Shown: positions 1 to 9,500 of the stretch, piece by piece
How the letters are laid out: every line of letters starts with the position of its first letter
Position numbering within the stretch: the stretch's first letter is position 1
From: an uncultured cyanobacterium
Lineage (GTDB): Bacteria; Cyanobacteriota; Cyanobacteriia; Cyanobacteriales; CAWCAG01
Reading direction: 5' to 3'
Assembly (NCBI GenBank): GCA_963803805.1
Contig: CAWDOD010000011.1
Span: 320,001-384,000 of the forward strand
Length of the DNA: 64,000 nucleotides
Made by a program: the position numbers and the translations under genes
The notes under the pieces: generated by a model
What the model saw: the letters and a program-made list of their open reading frames with translations, nothing else
What the model was told of the DNA's origin: nothing
Database searches by the model: none

Positions 1-501
1 GCGGTGATCATGAAAATTATGGCAACCTGCTGTCCAGCAACCATCGGGAGAAAAGCCGTCATGACTTTTCATATCCCCTTGAATAATGCCCTCATGACAA
101 GCCATACAGAGGTCTGGTTTGAGGTTAACTCCTCGCCCAAACATATGCACGTGTTCTTCATGGCAAGCAGTACAAGTCAAGACATCTAACCTAGTTAACA
201 GTTCAGCCCAACGGGGGTCACGAAATTTTTTAGCCCCATGAACATCCTCAGCCATTTCTGCTTCATGACAACGCATACAGGTTTCGTTGCTAACCGGTTG
301 AAAACTTTCGTGGCAGGAACCACAAGAAGCCTCTACTAAGTAATGCCCATCAGAAGTTGTTCCCGGTAGGAAAACATTATGTTCATCTAAAGCAAAAGCA
401 GCCGTTAACCAAGCTGCAACAATAACAGCGATACCGATAATGGCGATTTTGGATTGAAAGAACTTACCAGGCTTGAAAATCCTGGCCAGATTGCTAGCCA
501 T
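1..501 (-). CDS. Multiheme c-type cytochrome (cytochrome c3-like), N-terminal 167 aa only; continues beyond the left edge
   Basis: Manual translation from ATG at 501 (AGGAG RBS at 510-506): MASNLARIFKPGKFFQSKIAIIGIAVIVAAWLTAAFALDEHNVFLPGTTSDGHYLVEASCGSCH...CMRCH...HGAKKFRDPRW...CTACH...CMACH...CWTAGCHNFHDHR. Open frame to position 1, N-terminal hydrophobic segment, 4 CxxCH and 1 CxxxxCH. Absent from the ORF track, probably because its stop lies outside the window. Confidence 0.9.
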   Translation of the reverse strand, partial: MASNLARIFKPGKFFQSKIAIIGIAVIVAAWLTAAFALDEHNVFLPGTTSDGHYLVEASCGSCHESFQPVSNETCMRCHEAEMAEDVHGAKKFRDPRWAELLTRLDVLTCTACHEEHVHMFGRGVNLKPDLCMACHEGIIQGDMKSHDGFSPDGCWTAGCHNFHDHR

Positions 502-510
502 TTTTCTCCT

Positions 511-1071
511 TTAGGCAATCAGGAGTAACAAAATCGTAAGTAAGCCGCCACCACAAAATAAACCACCAGCTAAACCCCAATTAACTTTGGCTTCAGGGGT
601 AGGAGGGAGGGTGTGAATATTAGCTGGGGTGGTGGGGGTTGATTTTAGCTGTATATCGGTCGAAGAATAATCTGCACCGGAAAGCATTAATTCTGTAATT
701 GCCCCATAAGCATCTACCCAAGCTTGCTTAACATCTGGTGTCCAATCTTGTTGCAAATACTGCTCAAACGTTGTTAACAAAGCATCACCTACCAATGGGT
801 AATGTTGTGGTAAAGCGCCATACTTAACGTGCTTTGCCCCTAATCCTTTAAGCGCACCACTGAGTGCATCAGGTTTCCGCAAGTTTTCTACTACTAAAAC
901 TAAAGAGGCAAGCAACTTTTTCTTTTGCTCTGTCATATCGCTATTAGCAAACAGAGGCTTAGCTTCAGGATGAGCAGTAAAGAGATTGTTGTAAAAAGAG
1001 GCTACAAAATTATCAGCTTGAGGTTTGACTTTTTCAAAACTTTCTTCTAGTAATTCTACTTGCAAAGACAT
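511..1071 (-). CDS. Single-domain flavohemoglobin-type (3/3) globin with Pro/Thr linker and C-terminal membrane anchor
   Basis: Globin landmarks: FY (B10 Tyr), PLF (CD1 Phe), EQ (E7 Gln), LGAKH (F8 His), HYPLVG, AW..AY. Then STPTTPANIHTLPPTP and a hydrophobic tail WGLAGGLFCGGGLLTILLLLIA. No reductase domain. Confidence 0.9.
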   Translation of the reverse strand: MSLQVELLEESFEKVKPQADNFVASFYNNLFTAHPEAKPLFANSDMTEQKKKLLASLVLVVENLRKPDALSGALKGLGAKHVKYGALPQHYPLVGDALLTTFEQYLQQDWTPDVKQAWVDAYGAITELMLSGADYSSTDIQLKSTPTTPANIHTLPPTPEAKVNWGLAGGLFCGGGLLTILLLLIA

Positions 1072-1400
1072 TAATTGGTTTTACTCCATATATTCAAAAT
1101 ATTTGCTGGCAATTGTTTTGTATTGCACCCAATCTCAAATTAATTTACTAGGAAGATTTATTGACAGCAAAAGCATTGCAAACCCCTAAAGAATCAGCTT
1201 TTTGTATCTCAGCAGAGCTAAAATTGATACATGATTTATAGCTTATTTTGAAGCTATTTAAGTCTATTAACTTAGCTTGGCTTGATATTTAATACTGTGA
1301 TTGTTTACACAAATATTCTCTATTTGTTTTTGTGGTTAAGGTTTGCCTATTGCAGATGTGTAAATTGATTGAGAATAAAGATTAACTTGGTTTCCTGGTT

Positions 1401-1443
1401 AATATAAACTCGTCGAAAACACGGTTTTGTAAATCTCTATACA
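1401..1443 (-). promoter_or_regulatory. Class II NtcA-activated promoter: TGTA-N8-TACA, 22 nt, then -10 TATATT
   Basis: Minus strand GTA(1442-1440) TAGAGATT TAC(1431-1429), exactly 22 nt, then TATATT (1406-1401), matching GTAN8TAC-N22-TAN3T. Points toward the globin gene; inferred TSS about 1394. Confidence 0.75.
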
Positions 1444-1475
1444 AAAAATATTTCTTCGATTTGAAAAAAGCATAA

Positions 1476-1500
1476 TAAATATGCAAAAATCGCATATTTA
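1476..1500. promoter_or_regulatory. LysR-type (NtcB-like AT-N11-AT) inverted repeat
   Basis: Perfect 9-bp arms TAAATATGC-AAAAATC-GCATATTTA containing AT-N11-AT at 1481-1495, centred about -94 from the inferred TSS. Confidence 0.55.
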
Positions 1501-1553
1501 GTTAACTAAAAACAGATTACTAGGATATTGCCACCTCTGAACTACCCTAATTG

Positions 1554-1605
1554 TGATAATTGATAATTGATAATTGATAATTGATAATTGATAATTGATA
1601 ATTGA
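1554..1605. repeat. Heptamer tandem repeat (TGATAAT)x7 plus partial, STRR-like
   Basis: Seven perfect units at 1554-1602, intergenic. Confidence 0.95.
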
Positions 1606-1640
1606 CACACTACTAGAATTGCTAGAGTAATTATTAGTAA

Positions 1641-1886
1641 TTATTTTAGGGGCCAATGGTGATCAAAATAAGAAGTAAGTTCTTCTTCTTGGGAGATTTT
1701 ATCTAATTGACGTATAGTTTCTTGGGCTGAACCAACAATTAAACCCATTACAGTACCAATAGTTGCATATTGAGAAAAAGCATTAGGACGCTGATCAGCA
1801 TGGTTTATTTTGGCGATCGCAATTCCCAGAACTAAACCGACTAAAGAAGTAATTATACCTGAGAAGATAATGCGACTAAATTTCAT
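1641..1886 (-). CDS. Small two-TM hypothetical membrane protein
   Basis: 81-aa ORF with two hydrophobic Gly-rich helices. Confidence 0.7.
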   Translation of the reverse strand: MKFSRIIFSGIITSLVGLVLGIAIAKINHADQRPNAFSQYATIGTVMGLIVGSAQETIRQLDKISQEEELTSYFDHHWPLK

Positions 1887-2229
1887 TTTCTTCGCTTAAG
1901 TTAAGTTTGTTAAAATCAATTTATTGGCTGCTGTCAACTCTATTTTGCCAAAATGTCTCTCTAAGGAAGTAGTTGATTTAGACTTTTTAACAATTGATTT
2001 TTTTCTTCATTCCCTTTAAATTCACTAAGAACAAAGGGTAGCGGTGCAAAGGTAATGATATTGCTATAGCATGATAGGCTATTTGCTTAGGTTGATCGTC
2101 ACCTCTTTAGGACTACCGAACAAAGAATAGTCATTTAGAAAACAAAGGAGTCGCTAAACTAAGATTCCTCCACTAAAATTAATAACGGAGGGAATACAGA
2201 GTCAGCAACTTAGTAGTGGGAGTATCTAA

Positions 2230-2634
2230 ATGTTTGGTAAATTTCAACAAAGCAATATGCGTATAGAAGTAGAAGCACCGGCCAAAGTAATTGGTGCTAG
2301 TCTTTTACAACCTGCTAAATTGAGTAAGTGGCTTTTTCCCCAACGTTTAGAGGCGGGAATGCCAGAAAAGTTAGTATCTGGTTTGAATTTTACTAGTTGG
2401 ACAGGACTTATAAGTGTTCAACATCAAGTAGAAGTAGCTAATCATAACTGCTTACGCTTGCTGCTAAGCCAGGGAATTGATGGCTATCACGAATGGTACT
2501 GGGGAGAAGGTTGGGTACAATCTCGTCTAGAAGGAATTTCTTACCTTCCCTTAAATCTTGGTCAAACCCTTAGCTTAGTTAAGTTACGCCAATTCTTAGC
2601 TTGGGAACAGAGTCAGTTAAAAGTTGAAAATTAA
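2230..2634 (+). CDS. Conserved cyanobacterial hypothetical protein (SRPBCC/polyketide-cyclase-like)
   Basis: 134 aa; the GIDGYHEWYWGEGWVQSRLEG motif resembles a conserved cyanobacterial family. Confidence 0.65.
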   Translation: MFGKFQQSNMRIEVEAPAKVIGASLLQPAKLSKWLFPQRLEAGMPEKLVSGLNFTSWTGLISVQHQVEVANHNCLRLLLSQGIDGYHEWYWGEGWVQSRLEGISYLPLNLGQTLSLVKLRQFLAWEQSQLKVEN

Positions 2635-2650
2635 AAATTAAAAATATCAA

Positions 2651-3283
2651 TTATTGACTTAGCCAGGAAATAGCACTTTTGATCCATTCTTCTGGTTGAG
2701 GATTTTTGAGTAATTGATTGTCCTTACTTAAAGCAGATAATGCTTGGTCAATTTCTTCGTTACTATAACCCAAAGCTAGAAGAGTCATTTCTACATCTTC
2801 TTGAATCTGTGGTGATGGGGTAGCTGCTAAACCTGTAGTAGTAACTCCTGTCATTTGTCGCCATTGAGATAACTTAGTTTTCAACTCTAAGGCGATGCGT
2901 TCAGCAGTTTTTTTGCCTACGCCGGGGGTTTTGGCTAGGGAACGAATGTTAGTTGTGACAATCGCTTGGACTAAATCTGTCAAACCTAAAGTATCAATTA
3001 AGGCGATGGCACTTTGCGCCCCAATGCCATTAACGCTGATGAGATGGCGAAACAAGTCCCTTTCCGAACCTGAAGCGAAACCATAGAGGATAGGTTGTTC
3101 TTCCCTTATTTGTAGGTGAGTAAAGACTTGCACTTCTTCTTCTTTGCCTACTGGTACTTGTCGGGCAAAACGGGAAGTCGTTTGAATCTCGTAACCCATT
3201 TGGTTAACTTCTATAACCAGGATAACTTTATTGGTAGTGGTTTTAACCACCTCTACGGCTTGACCTTTAAGATAGCTGATCAT
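2651..3283 (-). CDS. ruvA: Holliday junction branch migration protein RuvA
   Basis: MISYLKG, LYGF, L.SVNGIG, PGVGKKTAERI.LELK and LLALGY motifs. Confidence 0.97.
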   Translation of the reverse strand: MISYLKGQAVEVVKTTTNKVILVIEVNQMGYEIQTTSRFARQVPVGKEEEVQVFTHLQIREEQPILYGFASGSERDLFRHLISVNGIGAQSAIALIDTLGLTDLVQAIVTTNIRSLAKTPGVGKKTAERIALELKTKLSQWRQMTGVTTTGLAATPSPQIQEDVEMTLLALGYSNEEIDQALSALSKDNQLLKNPQPEEWIKSAISWLSQ

Positions 3284-3386
3284 TAAAATTTATAGTTAAG
3301 GAACTTACATATTCCTCATTTTTCCAAACATTCAAAGCATTATTATTTATTACTTATTACTTGCACCTCATATCTCTTCACCTAAT

Positions 3387-4163
3387 TTATAACGGAGGTG
3401 GATAGGTTACTTCTTGAATTTGACCAAGTTTACCCAACTTTTTAGCTTTGTTGCGGTTGTAAGCTACTAAGATTCCTCCTGCATTACCAGCAAGAAGAGT
3501 AATACTCTCATTAGCTTTCCAAGTGTGCTTTTTTCCCTTTTGGACTGTTCCCTCAAACTTAGTTTTACCGTCTGCCACCACCCGTAACCAGGATTGATCC
3601 TCAACTGTTACATCTAACGTCACTGGTTGGTTTTGAGCATCTTCTGATTGCTTTTTATCTAGCTTAGACGGCACTGGTATTTTTTTTGTCTGAGTATCCT
3701 TTTGCTTATACCTAGCAGCTTCTTTTTTCTCAAGCTTTCGGTTATCCGCTACAGCTTGAGAATGATCCATATATTGAGATACGCTACTAACTGTACCAAC
3801 TACCACAGCTACATAAAGAGCATACCAATGAACAGGGCGAATTTTTAGCTTAGGAAAGCGTCCTAAAGAAGGCTTGAGGAACTGAAAGTTGTAGTCTTCA
3901 GGAAAATCCTCAGCCATTTCAGTACCATTTATTCCTAAGTGATCGCCAAACTGTTTCAGCAATCCTTGGATATAAACTGATTCTGGTAGCGCTGCCCTAT
4001 TGCCTTCCTCAATCGCTCTCAGCAAACGTTCGGGAATCAAGGTTTTCCTGGCTACATCTTCTAAAGATAAAAACTTCGCCTCGCGAACCTGCCGTAGGCG
4101 AGAACCAAACTGCTGAAGCTTGTCAAGTTGTTCTTGGCAAAGATGAGCTTTATTCTCCTTCAT
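3387..4163 (-). CDS. rodZ: RodZ family protein (HTH, TM, DUF4115)
   Basis: N-terminal Xre-like HTH (GSRLRQVRE...IEEG..LPESVYIQG), one TM, C-terminal SWLRVVADG...GNAGG. Confidence 0.85.
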   Translation of the reverse strand: MKENKAHLCQEQLDKLQQFGSRLRQVREAKFLSLEDVARKTLIPERLLRAIEEGNRAALPESVYIQGLLKQFGDHLGINGTEMAEDFPEDYNFQFLKPSLGRFPKLKIRPVHWYALYVAVVVGTVSSVSQYMDHSQAVADNRKLEKKEAARYKQKDTQTKKIPVPSKLDKKQSEDAQNQPVTLDVTVEDQSWLRVVADGKTKFEGTVQKGKKHTWKANESITLLAGNAGGILVAYNRNKAKKLGKLGQIQEVTYPPPL

Positions 4164-4166
4164 ACA

Positions 4167-4967
4167 CTAATTCTCCTGGATGTCTGCTGGCACTCTTTGT
4201 GATATTAGATGCACTCTTTTTTGGAGAAAACGAATTTCAAATTCTTTAAGAAAACGATAGTTACCCCTAGATAAAATAGGTTCATTATTATTTTGTAACT
4301 TAATTGGCCCGATTGCTGTACGGTGAAGTTTAATTACTTTAAACCCAAGTTGCTCAGCAACGCGGCGAATCTGTCGGTTTCTCCCTTCAGTTAGGACTAC
4401 TTCTAAAAGAGTTTTGTTACTTACTTGCTTGAGAATTTCTACCCTGGCGGGTAAAGTTTTTTTCCCAGCGAGAATAAGTCCCTTACGCCAAGTGTCCAAT
4501 ACTGATTCTGGAGGATGGGTATCTACCCAAACATGATAAGTTTTGGGTAAATGATAGCGGGGATGAGTTAAGCATAGAGTTAATGCTCCATCATTAGTTA
4601 GCAGTAATGCTCCTGTAGATTCTACATCTAATCGCCCTACTGGATGAATACCTTTTTCATCCCGAAGCTTGGAGGGCAGAAAATCTAGTACAATGGGACG
4701 ACCTTGAGGATCGCTGCAAGTTGCCACAACCCCCATAGGCTTATTGAGTAGAATATAAACTGGTTGAGGACGTTCAGTAAGCTTGATAATTTTCCCATCA
4801 ACCTTAAGCTTATCTTTCCTCAAATCAACTTTTTGCCCTAATTGAACTACCTGCTCATTAAGGTATACACGCCCAGAAAGGATCATTTGCTCCGCTTGTC
4901 GTCGCGATGCTATTCCCCACTGGGATAAAATTTTTTGTACCCTTTCTGCTCTGGGTTTTTCTGGCAT
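4167..4967 (-). CDS. rRNA pseudouridine synthase, RsuA/RluB family with S4 domain
   Basis: ERVQKILSQWGIASRR, NKPMG, PVGRLD and EGRNRQIRR motifs; ATG 4967 chosen as start. Confidence 0.92.
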   Translation of the reverse strand: MPEKPRAERVQKILSQWGIASRRQAEQMILSGRVYLNEQVVQLGQKVDLRKDKLKVDGKIIKLTERPQPVYILLNKPMGVVATCSDPQGRPIVLDFLPSKLRDEKGIHPVGRLDVESTGALLLTNDGALTLCLTHPRYHLPKTYHVWVDTHPPESVLDTWRKGLILAGKKTLPARVEILKQVSNKTLLEVVLTEGRNRQIRRVAEQLGFKVIKLHRTAIGPIKLQNNNEPILSRGNYRFLKEFEIRFLQKRVHLISQRVPADIQEN

Positions 4968-5209
4968 ATCTTGTTTTACACCATAAAGGGCAAGTTGCCC
5001 TCGTAATTTAGCTGGAGTTACGATTAACACTATGTAAGAATATTACAAAATCTGAAGAAAAAAAACTAAGGACTGGTAAAAATTATGCTGACTTTGACCA
5101 AAAGACTAAAGTTTCAGGTACTTTCGATTGCTGATTGGTTAGTCTGTTATCGGTATTTTGTTTTACATATAACTTCCTCATTATTCCCTAAGAAATCTCT
5201 ATTGTTTAA

Positions 5210-5932
5210 ATGAAGAGTAAATCTCCCAAGTCTGTTATTAGCCAAGTTCTCTCTCCTGCTTTAAAACTATGGCTAGCAACTCAAGTAGAGAAGATCGAAA
5301 AATTGCAAATTGATATTTCAGGAACCAATCGCCAAATTATAGGCGGTTATATTCCTAGAGTATCGTTAAAATGCGATCGCGCTATTTATCAAGGCTTACA
5401 CCTAAACCAAACAGAGTTACAGGGTGAGAATATTCGCATTAATATCGGTCAAGTTATTAAGGGTAAACCCCTTCAACTACTAGAGCCTATATTAGTTACA
5501 GGAAAAGTATTGTTACAGCAAAAAGATTTACAAGCTTCTTTATCTGCAAACTTACTAGCTACCGCTTTAACAGATTTACTCTTGTTATTGATCACTGCTA
5601 GTCAAGAGCAATCCCAGAAGGATTTCTGGCATGATCAGCAGATTAACTGGCAGGAAATAAAGATAGATGCGGAAAAATTAACCCTGAAAGGCACTTTTAA
5701 GGATGCTGAAGCGCAAGAAATACCAATTTCACTCCGTAGTGGCTTAGATTTAGCAAGTCCTCACGAATTGTCCCTCAGCCCTATTTCCATTGAAGCACCA
5801 GAATCAAGGCGCATCAGTATTAATAACTACACAATTGATTTAGGTAAGCAAGTCCATCTTGAAGAATTAGACCTAACTCCAGGTAGAGTTTCTTGCCGAG
5901 GGAGTCTAACGGTTATACCAAACCACGTTTAG
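5210..5932 (+). CDS. DUF2993/LmeA-like protein
   Basis: VLSPALKLWL...GKPLQLLEP pattern typical of cyanobacterial DUF2993 proteins. Confidence 0.7.
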   Translation: MKSKSPKSVISQVLSPALKLWLATQVEKIEKLQIDISGTNRQIIGGYIPRVSLKCDRAIYQGLHLNQTELQGENIRINIGQVIKGKPLQLLEPILVTGKVLLQQKDLQASLSANLLATALTDLLLLLITASQEQSQKDFWHDQQINWQEIKIDAEKLTLKGTFKDAEAQEIPISLRSGLDLASPHELSLSPISIEAPESRRISINNYTIDLGKQVHLEELDLTPGRVSCRGSLTVIPNHV

Positions 5933-5979
5933 TTGTATAGATTATTTGTGAGGGAAGGGAAAAGAAAAATGATATGACA

Positions 5980-6435
5980 TTAATCCTCTTGATACTTTGA
6001 TTCTAGTTCCTCTTTCTCTCGCTTAAAACTTTCTTCTAGCTCCTGCATTTGTTCTTCACGAGTTTCTATTTCTAAAAGACGGCGAGTTAAATCCTGGTTT
6101 TTTAAAGTTAATTCCTGTCGCCATTGCTCAATCTTGACTTTTTCTTCTTCCATTGAGCCAGAAGAGTTTGTATTATTACTCAGAAATTGATTGACTAGAC
6201 CTAAAACCCAATCTTGAGCTTCTTCGGTACTAATAATTATGCCGTCCTCGTCTAGATCAACTAATACTAAATTACCTTCACCTATTACAGGGCCTTTGGT
6301 AAGACTTTCTTCAGAGAGAACGACTGCTTTTTTGTTGCCCAATGACCATTTACCATCAGCTTCCTGACGAGCAAGAAGTTGTAGTTCTATCTTGCCTGAA
6401 ACGGTATTGTTTTGCACTTTCGCTAGGTGTAACAT
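5980..6435 (-). CDS. Conserved cyanobacterial coiled-coil protein, N-terminus resembling HmpF
   Basis: MLHLAKVQ...LQLLARQ...IEQWRQELT, then a coiled coil. Confidence 0.6.
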   Translation of the reverse strand: MLHLAKVQNNTVSGKIELQLLARQEADGKWSLGNKKAVVLSEESLTKGPVIGEGNLVLVDLDEDGIIISTEEAQDWVLGLVNQFLSNNTNSSGSMEEEKVKIEQWRQELTLKNQDLTRRLLEIETREEQMQELEESFKREKEELESKYQED

Positions 6436-6560
6436 TTAATTTGTCAGTGGTCAGTGGTCAGTGGGTTAGAGGCTGTAAGTTTAAGCATCTTGATCTTCAA
6501 ATGAGCGGAATAGTAAGTTTAAATCTACAACCTGTAACCTGCAAATAGTGACAACAAGTT

Positions 6561-9500
6561 TTACTGCAAACGCCCTAGACGTTCTTGTAAAATTTCTGAT
6601 TGTTTTTTTGCTTCTGCTAGGTTATCCCTTGCACCTTGCACCACATCAGGAGGGGCTTGGTTAATAAAGCCAGGATTATCAAGACGGTTGGTTAAAGATT
6701 TTACCTCTTTGTCCAATTTACTCAAGTTTTTCTCTAGCTTAGCTTGTAAAACTTCCACATCAACAATACCAGTCAAGGGTATCAGTACTTGTACAGTACC
6801 AACAACCCCAGCAATGGCTTTTTCTGCTTCTTGGTTAGTTTCTTTGGTAATTGTTAAGGATTCTACTTTCCCTAAATCTTGAATATAGTCTTTGCCTACT
6901 GTTAAAACACTTTCTTCAGTGGAGTTTTCGCTTTGTAAAACAACCGGGGTTTTTTGATTTGGTTTTATATCTGCTTGGGCCCTTAAGTTACGAATTGTAC
7001 GCACTACACCAAAAATCAGTTTAAAGGCTTCTTCTAAATTTAGTTCGGTAGAGAGATTATCTTCGGTGTTAGTAGCCGCAGGAGAATCATTCGCTAAAGA
7101 AGGAGCAATCTGAACTTCTTGCTTTTTGAGTTGAGGTGAAGCTTGAAAATCAACATTACCAAGAATTTGCTCAGTTATATTTCCAGATATTTTCTTTAAC
7201 TCTTGGCGAGTTTGGGATTTTAATAAATAACGAATCACAAACCAAATTGTGTAGCCGACACCAATTAGTTCAAAGGTTGGTAGCACTAAAGGAATTCTGT
7301 TAATGCTATTTAATGCACCGCCTATGGCTTGTAAGGCAATAATTGTTACAGCAGCTAACCCCAACCAAACAAGAGGTTTTTGATAATTACCAAGAAATTT
7401 AGCTGAGGTAGTGGGGAACTCCACGAGGAAATTCATTACCTTGCTGCCAATTTGTACGAGATCGTTTCCTACGGGTTGAGAAGGAGGAACGGTTTTTTCC
7501 GGTTGACTTTTCAGGCTAACTTGAGAAGATGGCGACAAAGATAAAGTAGCAACATTTGCTAAATCAATTGCCCCAACTTCTGGATAAGTCTGTAAAGCTA
7601 AAGTATCTCCTTGTTTTTGAGTTAAAGTATGCCAAATTTCTTCGGTAATGTGGGGCATGAAAGGATGAAGTAGTTTCAGGATGCCTTCTAAAACGTAAGC
7701 TAAGGTTTGTTGAGAAACTCGACGAGAAATTGGCGCAGCATCTTCCCGTAAGCGAGGTTTAACTAGTTCTATATACCAGTCACAAAAGTCTCCCCAAATG
7801 AACTCATAAACGCCCTTAGCAGCCTCTCCTAAACCATAAGTATCTAAATAGTCTCTAGTTTGCTTAACCACTTTATCAAAGCGAGTTAAAATCCAGCGAT
7901 CGCTTAGTTCCAAAGCCTCTAATTTCGGCATTCCCAAAGCTTCGGGAGTTTCTCCTTCAAGGTTCAACATCACAAACCGAGAAGCATTCCAAAGTTTGTT
8001 GGCGAAGTTGCGAGATGCTTCAACAGAAACTGATTCTTGGTTTTTGCGATCATATTCTAAACGAATATCTTGCCCTGCCCCTGCTACTTCTTTAATTAAG
8101 GTATAACGCAGAGCATCTGTACCATATTTATCAATTAGCAGCAGGGGATCAATACCATTACCGGCACTTTTCGACATCTTCTTGCCATTTTCATCCCGAA
8201 CTAAACCGTGGATATAAATGTCTTGAAAAGGTATTTTATCGGTGAAATGACCAGACATCATTGTCATCCGGGCTACCCAAAAGAAGATAATATCAAAACC
8301 CGTTACCATAATGGCATTAGGGAAATAGGTTTGAAAATCGGCTGTTTCTTCTGGCCAACCTAAAGTAGAAAAAGGCCACAAACCGGAAGAAAACCAAGTA
8401 TCAAGGACATCAGGATCTTGCTCAATCTTTACCTCTTCCCCAAACTTAGCAACCGCCTTTTCTTTCGCTTCAGTTTCATTATCCGCAACCACAAAAGGGG
8501 TTTCATCGGTAATTTCTCCTGCGGTTTCGCTAACGGCATACCAAGCGGGAATTTGATGTCCCCACCACAGTTGCCGAGAGATACACCAGTCTTTTAATTT
8601 AACTAACCAATCCCGATATACTTTTGCCCAACGTTCTGGGATAAAATTAGGCGCACCTTCGTCATCTAAACTAGCTAAGGCTTTATCGGCTAGGGGGCGA
8701 ATTTTGACAAACCATTGGGTAGAGAGTAATGGTTCGATAGGGACTTTGCCGCGATCGCTATAGGGAACTGCGTGGCTATAGTCTTCTACCTTAACTAAAA
8801 ATCCTTCTTCTTCTAACTGCTTAACAACATTTTTCCTGGCCTCAAAGCGATCTTGTCCAGCAAAATGACCAGCATTTTCATTAAGGCTACCATCTTTGTT
8901 CATAATATTAATGAACTCTAACTGATGGCGTTTTCCCATTTCAAAATCATTGGGATCATGGGCAGGAGTTACTTTAACGCAACCTGTACCAAATTCTTTA
9001 TCCACCAACTCATCAGCAAAAATCGGGATTTCTCGACCTACAATTGGTAAAATTACTGTTTTGCCAATCCAATCTTGATAGCGTTGATCATCTGGGTTAA
9101 CAGCAACCCCAGTATCCCCCAGCATGGTTTCTGGCCTTGTGGTTGCCACTTCTAAGTAACCATCACTATCTTTGATAGGATAACGAAAATGCCAAAGATG
9201 CCCCTCTACTTCTTCGTTTTGCACCTCAATATCAGAAACTGCTGACTGGGAAGCAGGACACCAGTTAACCATATATTTCCCGCGATAAATCAGCCCTTCT
9301 TCATAGAGTTGTGAAAAAGCTTTCCTAACAGTTTTAGATATGCCTTCATCAAGGGTAAAACGTTGTCGTGACCAATCTGCTGAAAGACCCAAACGTTTTA
9401 GTTGATTGGTAATATTATCCCCAGACTCTTGCTTACATTGCCAAGCTAGTTTGAGAAATTCTTCTCGCCCTAAATCATAGCGAGTTTTCCCTTCTTCCCT

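Noticed and set aside
4-189. 61-aa plus-strand ORF in the track
   Set aside because: It is antisense to the multiheme cytochrome frame, which has clear motifs and an RBS.
1203-1231. TGTATC-N17-GATACA palindrome as a second NtcA site
   Set aside because: Spacing is incompatible with GTA-N8-TAC.
1554-1605. Possible CRISPR array or Fur box
   Set aside because: Pure 7-nt tandem repeat without spacers and no cas genes; it lacks the inverted GATAAT-N7-ATTATC arrangement of a Fur box.
2190-2198. GGGAATACA as a SigF/SigJ-type promoter element
   Set aside because: Single short match inside a hairpin with no supporting evidence.
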